From Paracoccaceae bacterium (GTDB lineage: Bacteria; Pseudomonadota; Alphaproteobacteria; Rhodobacterales; Rhodobacteraceae), in the NCBI GenBank assembly GCA_019090405.1, contig JAHRVZ010000455.1, forward strand, positions 1 through 49,834: a stretch of 49,834 nucleotides of DNA. The letters run 5' to 3'. Shown here piece by piece: positions 33,541 to 43,528 of this stretch. The translations under genes were made by a program, and so were the position numbers. The notes beneath the pieces were generated by a model that saw only the letters and a list, made by a program, of their open reading frames with translations, searched no databases and was not told the origin of the DNA. The number at the start of each line of letters is the position of its first letter. The stretch's first letter is position 1.

Positions 33541-35832
33541 TTATTTGTCTTTTGAGGCCTTGTTGCCGATCTGACGTGGCTGTCGGCTTCTGTTGTTGGC
33601 CAATCCAATATTTCCTGCGGAGCCAAGCAGCCCGCCCGTTGCGGCCCCTCCTTGGTATGATCCTGCCACTCCGGCGGCCTTTGCCGTCATCGCTGTCCCT
33701 GCCCCCAGATCGTCACCGATCCCATCGATCCACTTGAAGACGCGTGCCGGAAAGACGTTGATCAGGCTGAACGACCAGTCGATGATGACGACATAAAGCA
33801 ATCCGACAAAGACGGTCAGAACAGCCATGGTTAGGAACTGTGACAGGACGCCGAACGCGCCCGGATCCGCCGCCATCTGCGAGCTGAGCGCAGCAAACAG
33901 CATGCCGTTAAGTGAAAACGCCGCGATCCGGAACAAGACCATGCCCAACAGGAATCCGAACACCATCAGCAGCGGTGTCAGAAATAACATCAGGAGCAAA
34001 GACCAGCCCTTGCGCGAGATGTTCGAGGAAATGCCGTGCCCATCCATCGATAGCATGGCCACAGCCCAAAGAGGTGCTGCAAACACCGCCTCGATGACCA
34101 GCAGCATGAAGGCAAGGAGGGCGATCAACCAAATGACTGCAGGTAGATAGGGCAGGACGAACCCGACGAATATCGCAGCGAAGATGCCGATCTGGAACAA
34201 CCCACTGGTCATTGCGGCCAGCGTCGCCGGGATTGAACCGAACAGGGGTACGGCTGAGGCCGTTGCCAGAACGCCAATCGCAACCACTGCGTAGGTCAAG
34301 AACGTCGAGGCATAGGCCATCAACCCGATCATCGGATCGACGGTGATCGTATCGGGGGCCAGCAGCTGAATACCTTTCAGCAAGTTTGTGGGTGGTGGCA
34401 GGAAGTTTTCTGGTGAGGACGCATCATCGCCCGCATAGGCGCGCTCGGTGATGAATTCGCGCAGACCTGCGTTGGCAGCTGCCTCGTTCCAGGCCGAGAC
34501 GCTCGCATTGTAGCTTGCGCCGATCCCCGCCAGGATTTTCTGCGCGTCCCGGTCGGCGTTGCTCTGGAACCAGTAGGAACGGCCCAGCTCTGTTGCCAGC
34601 GTGTTCTGGACACCGCCGTTCAATGTCGTGGAGATCAACGTGCCCGGCGTCGCCGTCGGAAACATGCCCGCAACCGCGTTGGCATCGCCAGATATTTTGC
34701 TGATCAGCATGTAATAGGAGCCTGCCATCATCCAGCCACCGGTCTTCAAATCTCCGGCGATGGCGGTGGGGGCGGAGAGCGCGCCGGACCCGTCACTGCC
34801 GATGGAGCGGATCTGTTGCGAAATCGGCGTCCCACTCTCGGTCTGGACAAGCGTAGATAGGGCACCCGGATTGACGATGGGACCTACGATGGCGGAATGC
34901 TGCTGGCGCAGCTGCACCATCATGGTCGCAAGGTTCGGGAAGTCGCCGGCGACGATCGGATCCCGCGCGGATATCTTGGCGACGACCGCCTCGGCCGGAC
35001 CGCGCATGTCGGTACGCAGGGTATCGATAAGCGCGCGCATATTGATGTTGATGGTATCCATGTTCGTCGCCGGACTGATCCGCTTCAGCGCGGCCGTGGC
35101 TGGTGGTAGCGTTACCGACCCACAGGCGCTCGTGATCGTAGGTGTTGAATAGGTCATGATTTGTGGCGTGTAGGCATCGATCTGGGGGGTAGCAGGCGCG
35201 GGGGCCAGATCGGACCAGTTGCCGCCGCTGACCAGTTGCAGATCACCGCCCTTCGAGACCTCGAAGTTATACGCCGCGCGGCAGAACTCCATGCGCCAGA
35301 GTTGTTGCAGGAACCGCGCGTCCGATCCGACATAGTCGGTCCCAACGATGGGAACCTCGTCGGCGATGATCAGGTCGGCGGTCTGGTTCCAGAAGAATGA
35401 CCCTGCAGCGGTGCCCGCGCGCACCACATAGGAGATACCGTGCTGGATACCGTTATAGCCATTGTCGAGCGGGATCAGCAAAGCGAAGGCAGTGAGGATC
35501 CGGATCGGCACCCAGATGGTGGATTTCTGGCCGAGCACGATGCCTTCATGCGCAGAATCCAAAGTGCCTTGAAAGATGTTGTAGAGCAGGAAGAGTGCGC
35601 CGACCGCCAGAAACAGGATGTTGAACGACAGCATCAGGAGCGAGATCACGGTGCGGTTGTTGGCGGTTGGTCCTGGAAACAGGTCGCCGAAGATCAGGTT
35701 GAAGAACGTGTTGGAGCGATCATCCCCCGTGCCGTTGAAGATGTCAGGAACACTGATTTCTTGCGCGAGGCCGACGTCGGTGGATGCAAGAAGAAGGGTG
35801 GCCGCAATGGCGAGACTTGAGGCAACTCTCAC
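33541..35832 (-). CDS. dotA: DotA/TraY-family polytopic inner-membrane protein
   Basis: 763 aa counted from the GTG at 35832, which overlaps the upstream stop (GTGA). This gives the signal-like N-terminus (M)RVASSLAIAATLLLASTDVGLAQE. A large periplasmic region is followed by many TM helices. The gene sits at the end of the operon, as traY does in R64. Confidence 0.65.
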   Translation of the reverse strand: MRVASSLAIAATLLLASTDVGLAQEISVPDIFNGTGDDRSNTFFNLIFGDLFPGPTANNRTVISLLMLSFNILFLAVGALFLLYNIFQGTLDSAHEGIVLGQKSTIWVPIRILTAFALLIPLDNGYNGIQHGISYVVRAGTAAGSFFWNQTADLIIADEVPIVGTDYVGSDARFLQQLWRMEFCRAAYNFEVSKGGDLQLVSGGNWSDLAPAPATPQIDAYTPQIMTYSTPTITSACGSVTLPPATAALKRISPATNMDTININMRALIDTLRTDMRGPAEAVVAKISARDPIVAGDFPNLATMMVQLRQQHSAIVGPIVNPGALSTLVQTESGTPISQQIRSIGSDGSGALSAPTAIAGDLKTGGWMMAGSYYMLISKISGDANAVAGMFPTATPGTLISTTLNGGVQNTLATELGRSYWFQSNADRDAQKILAGIGASYNASVSAWNEAAANAGLREFITERAYAGDDASSPENFLPPPTNLLKGIQLLAPDTITVDPMIGLMAYASTFLTYAVVAIGVLATASAVPLFGSIPATLAAMTSGLFQIGIFAAIFVGFVLPYLPAVIWLIALLAFMLLVIEAVFAAPLWAVAMLSMDGHGISSNISRKGWSLLLMLFLTPLLMVFGFLLGMVLFRIAAFSLNGMLFAALSSQMAADPGAFGVLSQFLTMAVLTVFVGLLYVVIIDWSFSLINVFPARVFKWIDGIGDDLGAGTAMTAKAAGVAGSYQGGAATGGLLGSAGNIGLANNRSRQPRQIGNKASKDK

Positions 35833-36386
35833 CGGCCCTGCTTTCGGTTCTGTATTTGATCGCGCTTCCGGCTTGGGATGATGATCTGCATGTTCCGCGG
35901 CAGCCGCGACGTCATATAATCGTAAAAGCCGCCGAACCGACCCTGCTCGATGATCCATGCAAAGAAGTCTGCGCGAACCGCTCGGAACATCGAGAACAAA
36001 AACAGGGCGACAAGGCTGATGACGAAGATCCGGCTGATACCCAAAAAGATCAGCCCCACAGGAATGGCCAACACAGCAAGTAGGCCCGCATATTGGAAAC
36101 AGGCACGCTGCATCCGCCAACCTTCATATTGACGATCCAGTTCGACCTCGCTCATTGACTGCGCCATCTCCTGGAACCGTTTGATGCCGCCATCGTCATA
36201 GCGTCCTGTCAGTCCTCTCGGATCGAGCGCCTTGGGTCGAACCCGGTCCGCGAGGTCGCCGATAAAATCCGCTCCGAGTTTGCTGGCCTCAAAAGCCTTG
36301 TCGACGCGGCCCCGGCGCGCGAAGAACCCGGCCGCGCGACGTGTGCGGCCCTTCTTTGGTTCGTCTTTGTTGTCACGCGCCATCAT
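35829..36386 (-). CDS. TraX-position membrane protein (185 aa)
   Basis: Basic N-terminus followed by two TM helices. The assignment rests on position between the IcmX/TraW-like and DotA/TraY genes only. Confidence 0.4.
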   Translation of the reverse strand: MMARDNKDEPKKGRTRRAAGFFARRGRVDKAFEASKLGADFIGDLADRVRPKALDPRGLTGRYDDGGIKRFQEMAQSMSEVELDRQYEGWRMQRACFQYAGLLAVLAIPVGLIFLGISRIFVISLVALFLFSMFRAVRADFFAWIIEQGRFGGFYDYMTSRLPRNMQIIIPSRKRDQIQNRKQGR

Positions 36387-36400
36387 TGAGCCTTCGTCTG

Positions 36401-37582
36401 CTAGTTGCCGAGCGGTGCACCGCCGCCGGCACCCTCGGTTCCGTCAATATTGGAAGCCAAGCTTGCCGCCTCCACCGCCGCGACGCGGCGCTCCAGACCA
36501 AACCGCATCCAGTTGACGTGGAGATCGAGGGCTTGTGTCAGGAGCAGCTCCCGCATCACCGCGTCAGGCGACATCTTGGCGATAGATTGATGCCAGTCGG
36601 GATTGGCAAACCGCGAATGCACGAAGACATCGACCGCCTGAAGCGAGGAGACTTTGTCCCCGATTGCATTGGGATAGGCCGGACCGGCTGCATTGCGTGC
36701 CCAACTCGCAAGTTCTGTCCCGCCAGTTGGAGTTGCAATGTCTCCGAGATAGGTGAACACGGCATGAGAGGCAGAGCGGCGTGTTGCGTCGACTTGCCGT
36801 GCTGCGATCCGCGCGAGACCATTTGGTGTTCTGGCTTCTTCGGTCGTGACTGGTTTTGGTGGCAGGGGATCGATCATGTTATTGATCATGCGCGCATAGG
36901 CTTGAGCGACCTGTTGGTCAGACGTGTCTAGGGTGATCGCCTCGGTCAGGAGCCGGACGTCGGAGGTTGGATCGGCGAACCCGCCGACGTTTCGAAGATT
37001 GTCACGGTCGAGCTTGATCTCTTGCGCCAAGGCCAGACCGCCGGAACGGACCGGCGCACCGGCAGCCCCATTCCCGTAGGACCTGTTGCGTGACAGGTTC
37101 GCGATATCGATACCGCCAACGCCTTGGCTGGTTTGGCCGCCGCCAAAGTTCAACACACCCGAGAGATCAATACACGCCGACGTGGCCGGATCGTAACGTC
37201 CACCCTCAGCTGCTGCCCTGATCTTCTGTCGCTCCAATAGTACTGCGTTCTGGTCTCGTCCTTCCGCAATGCGTTTTGTGGCTTCGGTTTCGCGTTTGGA
37301 ATAGGCCGACAGCTGTGCCACGCCTCTAAGGATGTTGTCGGTGATGTAGTTTCCGACCTCGGTTGTGTGGTTGTTGATGTTGATGCGTGCCGTGCGCACG
37401 ATGTTCTGGACGCCGCCGCAAGAACAGCCGCCGAAGGCATAGCTTGGTGTCGCGAGCGTAATGAGCCAGGCGGTTGCACACACAGACAAAGCGCTGCTTA
37501 AACCCGTCGATCTGAGCGCCACACTGCGAAGGGATGTCTTGGGAGCTTTAGTTCTCATTTGCGGTTCCTTCACTCTGGCCAT
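36401..37582 (-). CDS. periplasmic protein, IcmX/TraW-like by size and position
   Basis: Signal-like segment ALSVCATAWLITLATPSYA. 393 aa. An alternative start at 37558 has a good AAGGA site. Confidence 0.4.
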   Translation of the reverse strand: MARVKEPQMRTKAPKTSLRSVALRSTGLSSALSVCATAWLITLATPSYAFGGCSCGGVQNIVRTARININNHTTEVGNYITDNILRGVAQLSAYSKRETEATKRIAEGRDQNAVLLERQKIRAAAEGGRYDPATSACIDLSGVLNFGGGQTSQGVGGIDIANLSRNRSYGNGAAGAPVRSGGLALAQEIKLDRDNLRNVGGFADPTSDVRLLTEAITLDTSDQQVAQAYARMINNMIDPLPPKPVTTEEARTPNGLARIAARQVDATRRSASHAVFTYLGDIATPTGGTELASWARNAAGPAYPNAIGDKVSSLQAVDVFVHSRFANPDWHQSIAKMSPDAVMRELLLTQALDLHVNWMRFGLERRVAAVEAASLASNIDGTEGAGGGAPLGN

Positions 37583-37817
37583 TCTGGTTCTTCCCCCGAA
37601 CTATGTCGTTCACTTCATCGAGGTTATTTCGAGACTCCGTCGAGCCCTGAAGCTGGATGCCGGGATGGACAGTCGGCTCTGGTTTTCCTTGGGTCACCGA
37701 CCCGGGAACCTGAAACGACGTGAACTGGGTCAGCAAGGTGAACGCGATCACCGCCAAAACCACCGCGAGGGCCATCCATTTTCTGAGCGTCATCTTTCCA
37801 AAGGTATTAGCCGCCAT
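37548..37817 (-). CDS. small single-TM protein (89 aa)
   Basis: ATG at 37817 lies 5 nt after GGAGG and overlaps the end of the upstream gene. TM segment WMALAVVLAVIAFTLL. Confidence 0.45.
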   Translation of the reverse strand: MAANTFGKMTLRKWMALAVVLAVIAFTLLTQFTSFQVPGSVTQGKPEPTVHPGIQLQGSTESRNNLDEVNDIVRGKNQNGQSEGTANEN

Positions 37818-38412
37818 TGCCACCTCCATAGATAAGTTCATAAACCGCATCGAGATTGTTGGGAGACACAGTCGTCCCGTTGTCGGTGACCCCTTGCCCG
37901 ACTTGGCCGCCGCCGGTGTTCAAATCCACGCCGCCAATCGACGTCGTCGAGTTGCCGGTCAGGCCACCGATTGGCAGGAAGTTGAAATTCGGCAATTGCA
38001 GGAGGTTCGTCATCTGCGAGGTCAACTCATTCATCTTACCTTCGGCGAAGGAACAGACTTGGCCCTGTGCCTGACTGACCGCCGCTTGGAAGATGCCCTG
38101 CAGGTTCGGCACCTGGATCGCGATATCAAGATTAACGTCGAGCAGGTTGTCTAGGCATCCAAGAGCCGCGATGGAATGCGGTTTCTTGAGCGCCTCTTCA
38201 CCGCGTAAAACCTCAGCCTCAATGCCTGAGCGGATTGCGTTTGTCAGGTTCAGCTTCACCGTATCGCTGCAGCCCTGACCGCCGGACGGGAAAAGTTGCA
38301 GGATTTGATCGTTGGCTTGGGCTTGCGCATGTGGCGTACCCATCAGGGCCATTCCCGCGATCAACGCCGCGCTTAGGACGTAGCAGACGTCATGCTTCCG
38401 TAGTTTCATCAT
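37807..38412 (-). CDS. secreted four-Cys protein with a Gly/Asn/Thr-rich C-terminus (201 aa)
   Basis: Signal peptide ending MGTPHAQA. The start overlaps the upstream stop (38409-38412). Confidence 0.5.
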   Translation of the reverse strand: MMKLRKHDVCYVLSAALIAGMALMGTPHAQAQANDQILQLFPSGGQGCSDTVKLNLTNAIRSGIEAEVLRGEEALKKPHSIAALGCLDNLLDVNLDIAIQVPNLQGIFQAAVSQAQGQVCSFAEGKMNELTSQMTNLLQLPNFNFLPIGGLTGNSTTSIGGVDLNTGGGQVGQGVTDNGTTVSPNNLDAVYELIYGGGNGG

Positions 38413-39143
38413 TGAGTGCCTCCAAGATTGGTCCGTTCACCCTGAAACGGAGGTGTTTCGCGAATGAGAATGGGTCTCTTGGCCCCAAAGCCCGGAAAAC
38501 CATCGGTTTGTTCATAAGTGCCGCCAGTGTCGGCACCGCCCGCGTATGTCGTGCCGGACGCCGCCCCGATCCGGTTCATCAGATGCGATTGCAGTTCGGC
38601 GTAGGAACTAAAGCCGTTTGCGGTGAGATATTCCGGCGGAAACACGGTTGGATCGAACCCGCTCTGAACCCAATTGTTCAAAGCACCCGCGCCAAGGAAA
38701 TGCGCCGCCGTCAACAGACCGCTTTCGGTGAAGGCGACTCCGTTGACGGTTTGTCCTGCCAAGCCCCGCGTTTGAGAAGACAGAGCGGACCAATTGCGCG
38801 TGGTCAGCGTGTTGAACGCCTGATCCTGCAAGGAATGACCCGCTGAAGAGTTCAAGAACCCACTGAGCGAGGAGACGCCCTGACCCGTCGCCTGTGATGT
38901 CCATTCGTAATTGCTCCAGCTGCCGCGCGACCCACCGGTGTGGCGCACATAGCCAAGGCTTGCGAGCGTTCCTGCCGTGATCTGGTAGGCTCCTGCCGCA
39001 GTGCCCCCTTGTGTGTTCAGCGCCCCATAATTGCCGCCAGACTCCTGTGTGCGGATCAGATCGGCATATTCGTCCGCAAGTGCCACTGCCGCCCAGAAAA
39101 CAAGCACAAGCGCGAGATACCGGATGAATCTCCGACGGATCAT
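38409..39143 (-). CDS. lytic transglycosylase-like (SLT-type) periplasmic protein
   Basis: Signal peptide, followed by the catalytic-type motif IRTQESGGNYGALN and the downstream AAGAYQI. Confidence 0.6.
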   Translation of the reverse strand: MIRRRFIRYLALVLVFWAAVALADEYADLIRTQESGGNYGALNTQGGTAAGAYQITAGTLASLGYVRHTGGSRGSWSNYEWTSQATGQGVSSLSGFLNSSAGHSLQDQAFNTLTTRNWSALSSQTRGLAGQTVNGVAFTESGLLTAAHFLGAGALNNWVQSGFDPTVFPPEYLTANGFSSYAELQSHLMNRIGAASGTTYAGGADTGGTYEQTDGFPGFGAKRPILIRETPPFQGERTNLGGTQ

Positions 39144-40054
39144 TTGACAGTCCCCGCAACCGCAACGGGTTGGATTGGGATCGTCTCCATGGGCGCACCG
39201 GTCGACGGCGAGGTCACCGTCACACCGCCGCGGCTCAATGTCTCGATCCCGCGAAAGCCGTTTTCATCGCGCAAGGCCTTTGAAATGCCGATCACGCCTT
39301 CAAGCGCCTGGATCATGCGGTAAGACTGGCCGAGATCGTTGATCAGGAAGACGGGGCATGTCGATTGACCACAAAAGTAGGGCGAGTGGACAACGATGAT
39401 TTTCTCGCCGCCGGTGAGTATATCGACCTCATAGACAACGACCTCTGGTGGTCCGAAAGACGTGGCTGTCGTCTCATCGATGTTGGCACCCAGTTCCTTG
39501 CTCACGAGGGCCAACTCTTCCTCGTCGGCTTCGCGCTCGACCATGCCTTCTTGATTGGGTTGCGGCGCGTAGGCCTGCCCATTCCAAGTCCACACACGGC
39601 CGTCTTCGATGATCGAGCGCATGCCTGTCGGTGTTACCGCTGACAGCCCGAGTGCGTCGACGGCCGGCCTGCGGTAAATCTCCAGCCATTTTTCATTGTG
39701 GAACAGCGCGACGTTGAAACATTCAGTTTCACAATTGCGGCTTTTGCCGATCTTCAGGAACATCTGTTCGGGATCATCATTTGGCGCTTCCAGCCAGACC
39801 CGAACCGCCTTCACATAGGTATAGTCCCGGCCATACATTCGTCGTGCGATGCTCAGTGCTTGCGGGTCGTTGCGCGCGAACGAAAGTTGCTGAACCGCGA
39901 TGTCGCCGCCCGGCTGGTTGTTGTTCTCTGTGTCCTGAGCAAAGGCCGCGAGCGCCCACATAACGATCAGCAGCACGACAGTGTAGATCGGCCAGGAAAA
40001 AATATGAGATGCCGAGCGCGTTCGATTGCGCGGAGGTTGACGTGCAAATTTCAT
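39140..40054 (-). CDS. exported hypothetical protein (304 aa)
   Basis: N-terminal TM/signal segment IYTVVLLIVMWALAAFA. Start and stop both overlap neighbouring genes, so it is translationally coupled to icmB. Confidence 0.5.
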   Translation of the reverse strand: MKFARQPPRNRTRSASHIFSWPIYTVVLLIVMWALAAFAQDTENNNQPGGDIAVQQLSFARNDPQALSIARRMYGRDYTYVKAVRVWLEAPNDDPEQMFLKIGKSRNCETECFNVALFHNEKWLEIYRRPAVDALGLSAVTPTGMRSIIEDGRVWTWNGQAYAPQPNQEGMVEREADEEELALVSKELGANIDETTATSFGPPEVVVYEVDILTGGEKIIVVHSPYFCGQSTCPVFLINDLGQSYRMIQALEGVIGISKALRDENGFRGIETLSRGGVTVTSPSTGAPMETIPIQPVAVAGTVK

Positions 40055-43000
40055 TGGAAAGCCCCTTTCACGAGATCGTCGGCCATGCGAGAAATGACGT
40101 TCGAGCGCGCGGACTCGTCGATCATCTTGCCGGACGACATCAAACCTTCGAGTTCCGCCTCGACCTCTGCTTTTGCCGATCCCGCTGGGAACCGTCGGGC
40201 CAGGATGCGGCGCGCCTCAGCACTGCCGAGCCGCTCGTAAAGGATCGCGCGCAGCGCTGTATCTTCGGCAGTCGTCGACAGTGCCCAGAGTTCGATGGGA
40301 CCGAGCTGGTTATAAAAATGCTGCACATAGGTCTGGGATTTCAGCTTGAAGATCGCCACAATCGGCGCGCCTTCGCCCGGCTCCGGCCCGGTCAACCGGC
40401 TGATGACGGGTTTCAGGCTGGCGGGCAGATCATACGTGTCCATGACCGTGCGCACGCTCTCGGCCGTTGGCACGTTGCACAGGAATATGTTGGTCGCCAG
40501 TTCGCCGATTGCATGGTCAAAATCCCCGATCAACTGGCTTGCAAGCGAGATCTGCACCCCCGCTTTACGACCCACCCGCACATCGGCAACAATCTGATCG
40601 CGGATGCCGAGCCCACCGGTCAGATGATATTCGTCGATACAAATGCGTTTGGGCATCTGGCGGTTGTTCTGAAACCGCAGCAAGTGATGCGCGCGGACAT
40701 TCTTTGGCAGATCGGACCCTTTGATCTCATCCTCATCAAGCCAGAAATCTGACGTCAGTGTCTGACGCGCCATCATGTACATGACGGCGGTCTGTTTGCG
40801 CCCGCGCTTGCCAGTGGCCTCGGTCACTCCGGCCAGATCGAAGGCAACGATACGCGCGTTTGAGACATCGAACCGGGTGGGGTTAGACAGGATGACATAT
40901 TGCTTGATCGCTGCCGTGATCTGACGCTGGAAAGCACCGACCATCGGTTCCTGCGTCGATTGCACCCGCATCTCGATGAACGGCTGACGCACGGTTTCCG
41001 CGTTAGAGATCGGGATCAGATCGCCGAGGATCGGCACGGCCAGCCGCTGCGCGAGGGCAGCCGCGTGGTGCTCGTACTTCTCAAACAGAAAGTCGACAAT
41101 TTCCCACCAACTGCTCTCCTCATCAACTTCGAAATGATGCTTTTTGAGTGCGTCATCGACCTTTAGATCCATGGTTGGCGAATACCGCTTCGGGCTGACC
41201 TCGTCTGAGTAGTACCTATACGCCTCATCCACGCAGGCTTCGGCCAGTTGCGAAACACCGTCGTAGGGCGCGTCAGCATCTTCCGGCGTGCAGATCAGGG
41301 AAATTAGATTGACGAGGAACGAGCGCTCATGGGCAAAAGGCTTGCGGCAGCAAAGCTGGGTATCAAACGGATTGACCGCATCCTTCTCCACCATCTTGAG
41401 GCGGTGGAACGTGGCCTCATGCCGCCGGTTCGGCGGCAAGGCGTCCCGGATCAAGCTGATCAAACCAGATGAGGACGGCCCGATATCAATGATGGCGATA
41501 CGTGGCAGGATCGCTTGATTGTTGCCGCCCCTGCCAGATTGCGGTGACAGCGCGACACCGAGGTTGATCGCGTTCATCAGCACCGATTTGCCCGAGCCGG
41601 GCGTGCCGACCATGATGTCGACGCTGGCGTTCTGTTTGGAGGAGCCGGGCTGATAGGGGAACGGTTTGCCGTCTGCCGTCCGGAAGATGATCGAGCCGCG
41701 TTGCCACGGACAGGCGGGCCGTACGATTGGCGCCATAGCAAGGACATCCAGAAGATCAGCAGCGCAGCTTTCGGCAGTTGAGGCAGTGGAGAGGCCCAGA
41801 GCGGATGACATCACGCAATCGAGCGGATCACCAACCACCGCATTCGTGTGGCAGTTGCCCCAAGACTTGACCATTTCTTGGAGCGATGAGACATGGGCGC
41901 GCAACTGTCCGACCTCGTCGGCAGGCGCCCAGGCCGCGAACGAGGCACGCCAGCGGATGACTGTATTTCCGTCACCATCCGTCTGACGCAGCCGCTCGAA
42001 ACTCTCTTTGATGCGCCCATTATGGGTTGGGGCCGTCCAGGCCAGCAACCGTGCCAGCTGTTCGCGAAACACCTGCCCCGCGAACCCGCCACTTTCCATG
42101 AGGATTGAGCAGCGCCAAGAAATCTTGGTGCCGTTGGCGATCACACGCCGGATCAGCTCATTGAACTGCACGACGATCTCGGGCGGCAGCACGATGTCGA
42201 ATCCTGAAAACACCGTGTTGCCGATACGCACGATTTTGCCGTCGATCACCTCGGCATGGTCGGTGAAAATTTGCTCCGAGAGCTTTGGCCAAACGAGGTT
42301 GGAAATGTCCTTGCGCTTGAGATTACGCCCAAGACTCGGCAACCGCGCTTTGAGGAAGTCGCCCGGCAAAGTCGCGCGCCACGGATGGTTGAACCCCAAG
42401 GTGTCCGGAGCCACGATCTTGCGGATGGCGTTCAGCGCGTCGTAATTGTTTAAAAGATCAAGCACGATGCCTGCAGCGTTGAATTCGCGGCCGAGTGCCG
42501 TAACGAAGCTGTCATGGCGGATTGCCAGCCCTTCGAGCGCGGTGTCAGGAATTTGACCCAGGGAGATCGGTGGCGCGGCGTTTAATACCTTCGTGCGTTG
42601 CTTCAGGCTGGCATTCCGGTCTTCTGCTGTTAGCAGGGATGGCCTTGACCACAGCGCCAGATAACACCGCTCGCCATAGAGTTTGGATGGAAGCAGTCTG
42701 CGGCGCTCATCCAGGAGATCATGCAGATCAAGCGCGTTATCACGTGCGACGCGCGCGCTGTCATCGATGATCGTCTCGACCTCCCGCGCACCCAATTCTG
42801 GCGAATGCCCGAACCAGAACTGCAGCGCCAAACCGGGTTTGGAGAAAAACGGTGACAGACCCACACGCAGCTTATCGCAGGCCTCGGTGACATCATCTTC
42901 TCCCGGTAAGGACCGGAAGCCGTCGAGCCGAAAGAGCGACATCATCGATCCGTCGTCAGCCACAAGTGCTGTCTTACCATGGGCGGTCTCCAGACGGCAA

Positions 43001-43071
43001 TAGCCGTCCAGAGAGGCTTTCAGCGCTCCCCGGCCCAGATGGGCTGCAGCTTGATGCCAGAATGCGACCAT
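40051..43071 (-). CDS. icmB: IcmB/DotO (TraU) type IVB secretion ATPase
   Basis: 1006 aa with Walker A MVGTPGSGKSVLMN. Size and context match DotO/TraU. Confidence 0.85.
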   Translation of the reverse strand: MVAFWHQAAAHLGRGALKASLDGYCRLETAHGKTALVADDGSMMSLFRLDGFRSLPGEDDVTEACDKLRVGLSPFFSKPGLALQFWFGHSPELGAREVETIIDDSARVARDNALDLHDLLDERRRLLPSKLYGERCYLALWSRPSLLTAEDRNASLKQRTKVLNAAPPISLGQIPDTALEGLAIRHDSFVTALGREFNAAGIVLDLLNNYDALNAIRKIVAPDTLGFNHPWRATLPGDFLKARLPSLGRNLKRKDISNLVWPKLSEQIFTDHAEVIDGKIVRIGNTVFSGFDIVLPPEIVVQFNELIRRVIANGTKISWRCSILMESGGFAGQVFREQLARLLAWTAPTHNGRIKESFERLRQTDGDGNTVIRWRASFAAWAPADEVGQLRAHVSSLQEMVKSWGNCHTNAVVGDPLDCVMSSALGLSTASTAESCAADLLDVLAMAPIVRPACPWQRGSIIFRTADGKPFPYQPGSSKQNASVDIMVGTPGSGKSVLMNAINLGVALSPQSGRGGNNQAILPRIAIIDIGPSSSGLISLIRDALPPNRRHEATFHRLKMVEKDAVNPFDTQLCCRKPFAHERSFLVNLISLICTPEDADAPYDGVSQLAEACVDEAYRYYSDEVSPKRYSPTMDLKVDDALKKHHFEVDEESSWWEIVDFLFEKYEHHAAALAQRLAVPILGDLIPISNAETVRQPFIEMRVQSTQEPMVGAFQRQITAAIKQYVILSNPTRFDVSNARIVAFDLAGVTEATGKRGRKQTAVMYMMARQTLTSDFWLDEDEIKGSDLPKNVRAHHLLRFQNNRQMPKRICIDEYHLTGGLGIRDQIVADVRVGRKAGVQISLASQLIGDFDHAIGELATNIFLCNVPTAESVRTVMDTYDLPASLKPVISRLTGPEPGEGAPIVAIFKLKSQTYVQHFYNQLGPIELWALSTTAEDTALRAILYERLGSAEARRILARRFPAGSAKAEVEAELEGLMSSGKMIDESARSNVISRMADDLVKGAFQ

Positions 43072-43086
43072 CGATCCATACGCCCC

Positions 43087-43512
43087 TTAGTTCAACGACC
43101 GCAGAGGAGCATCCACGGATGATTGGTTCGCGCCGGTGCCGAAGATCGAGGCGACACCGACATTGAGGAAGGTCGGGATCGCCACCATGCAGGCAGCGGC
43201 GACGCTGAGCATCAGGATGCGACCACTTTCAACCGATCCGTCATTGGTATTGCGCGACCGTTTGATCATCGCCATCACGGCCATAATCGCGAAGACGACG
43301 CCAAGCACGAAAGAGATGGTTCCGAGGATGTCAGCGGCAGGACCAAGTTGGCTGGAGCGCATCTCGGTGAAGATATCGCCAAAGGTCTGCGCAAAAGCCT
43401 GCGTTGCCCAGACGGCTCCGAAGGCGAATGCTAGAGCAGACCGCGTGAGAACAGGTCGCCATGATTTGCGAGGTAGGGTTGGTCTGTCAGGTTTGGATCG
43501 TTTCGTGCGCAT
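43087..43512 (-). CDS. IcmD/DotP (TraR)-like small membrane protein
   Basis: 141 aa with a signal-like segment and two TM helices. Sits immediately upstream of icmB. Confidence 0.5.
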   Translation of the reverse strand: MRTKRSKPDRPTLPRKSWRPVLTRSALAFAFGAVWATQAFAQTFGDIFTEMRSSQLGPAADILGTISFVLGVVFAIMAVMAMIKRSRNTNDGSVESGRILMLSVAAACMVAIPTFLNVGVASIFGTGANQSSVDAPLRSLN

Positions 43513-43528
43513 GGAGAGGTTCCTTATT

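Noticed and set aside
35833-36120. Upstream part of the 859-aa DotA ORF
   Set aside because: It overlaps the 185-aa gene by about 290 nt and has a Cys/Arg-rich non-protein-like sequence. The coupled GTG at 35832 gives a proper signal-like N-terminus.
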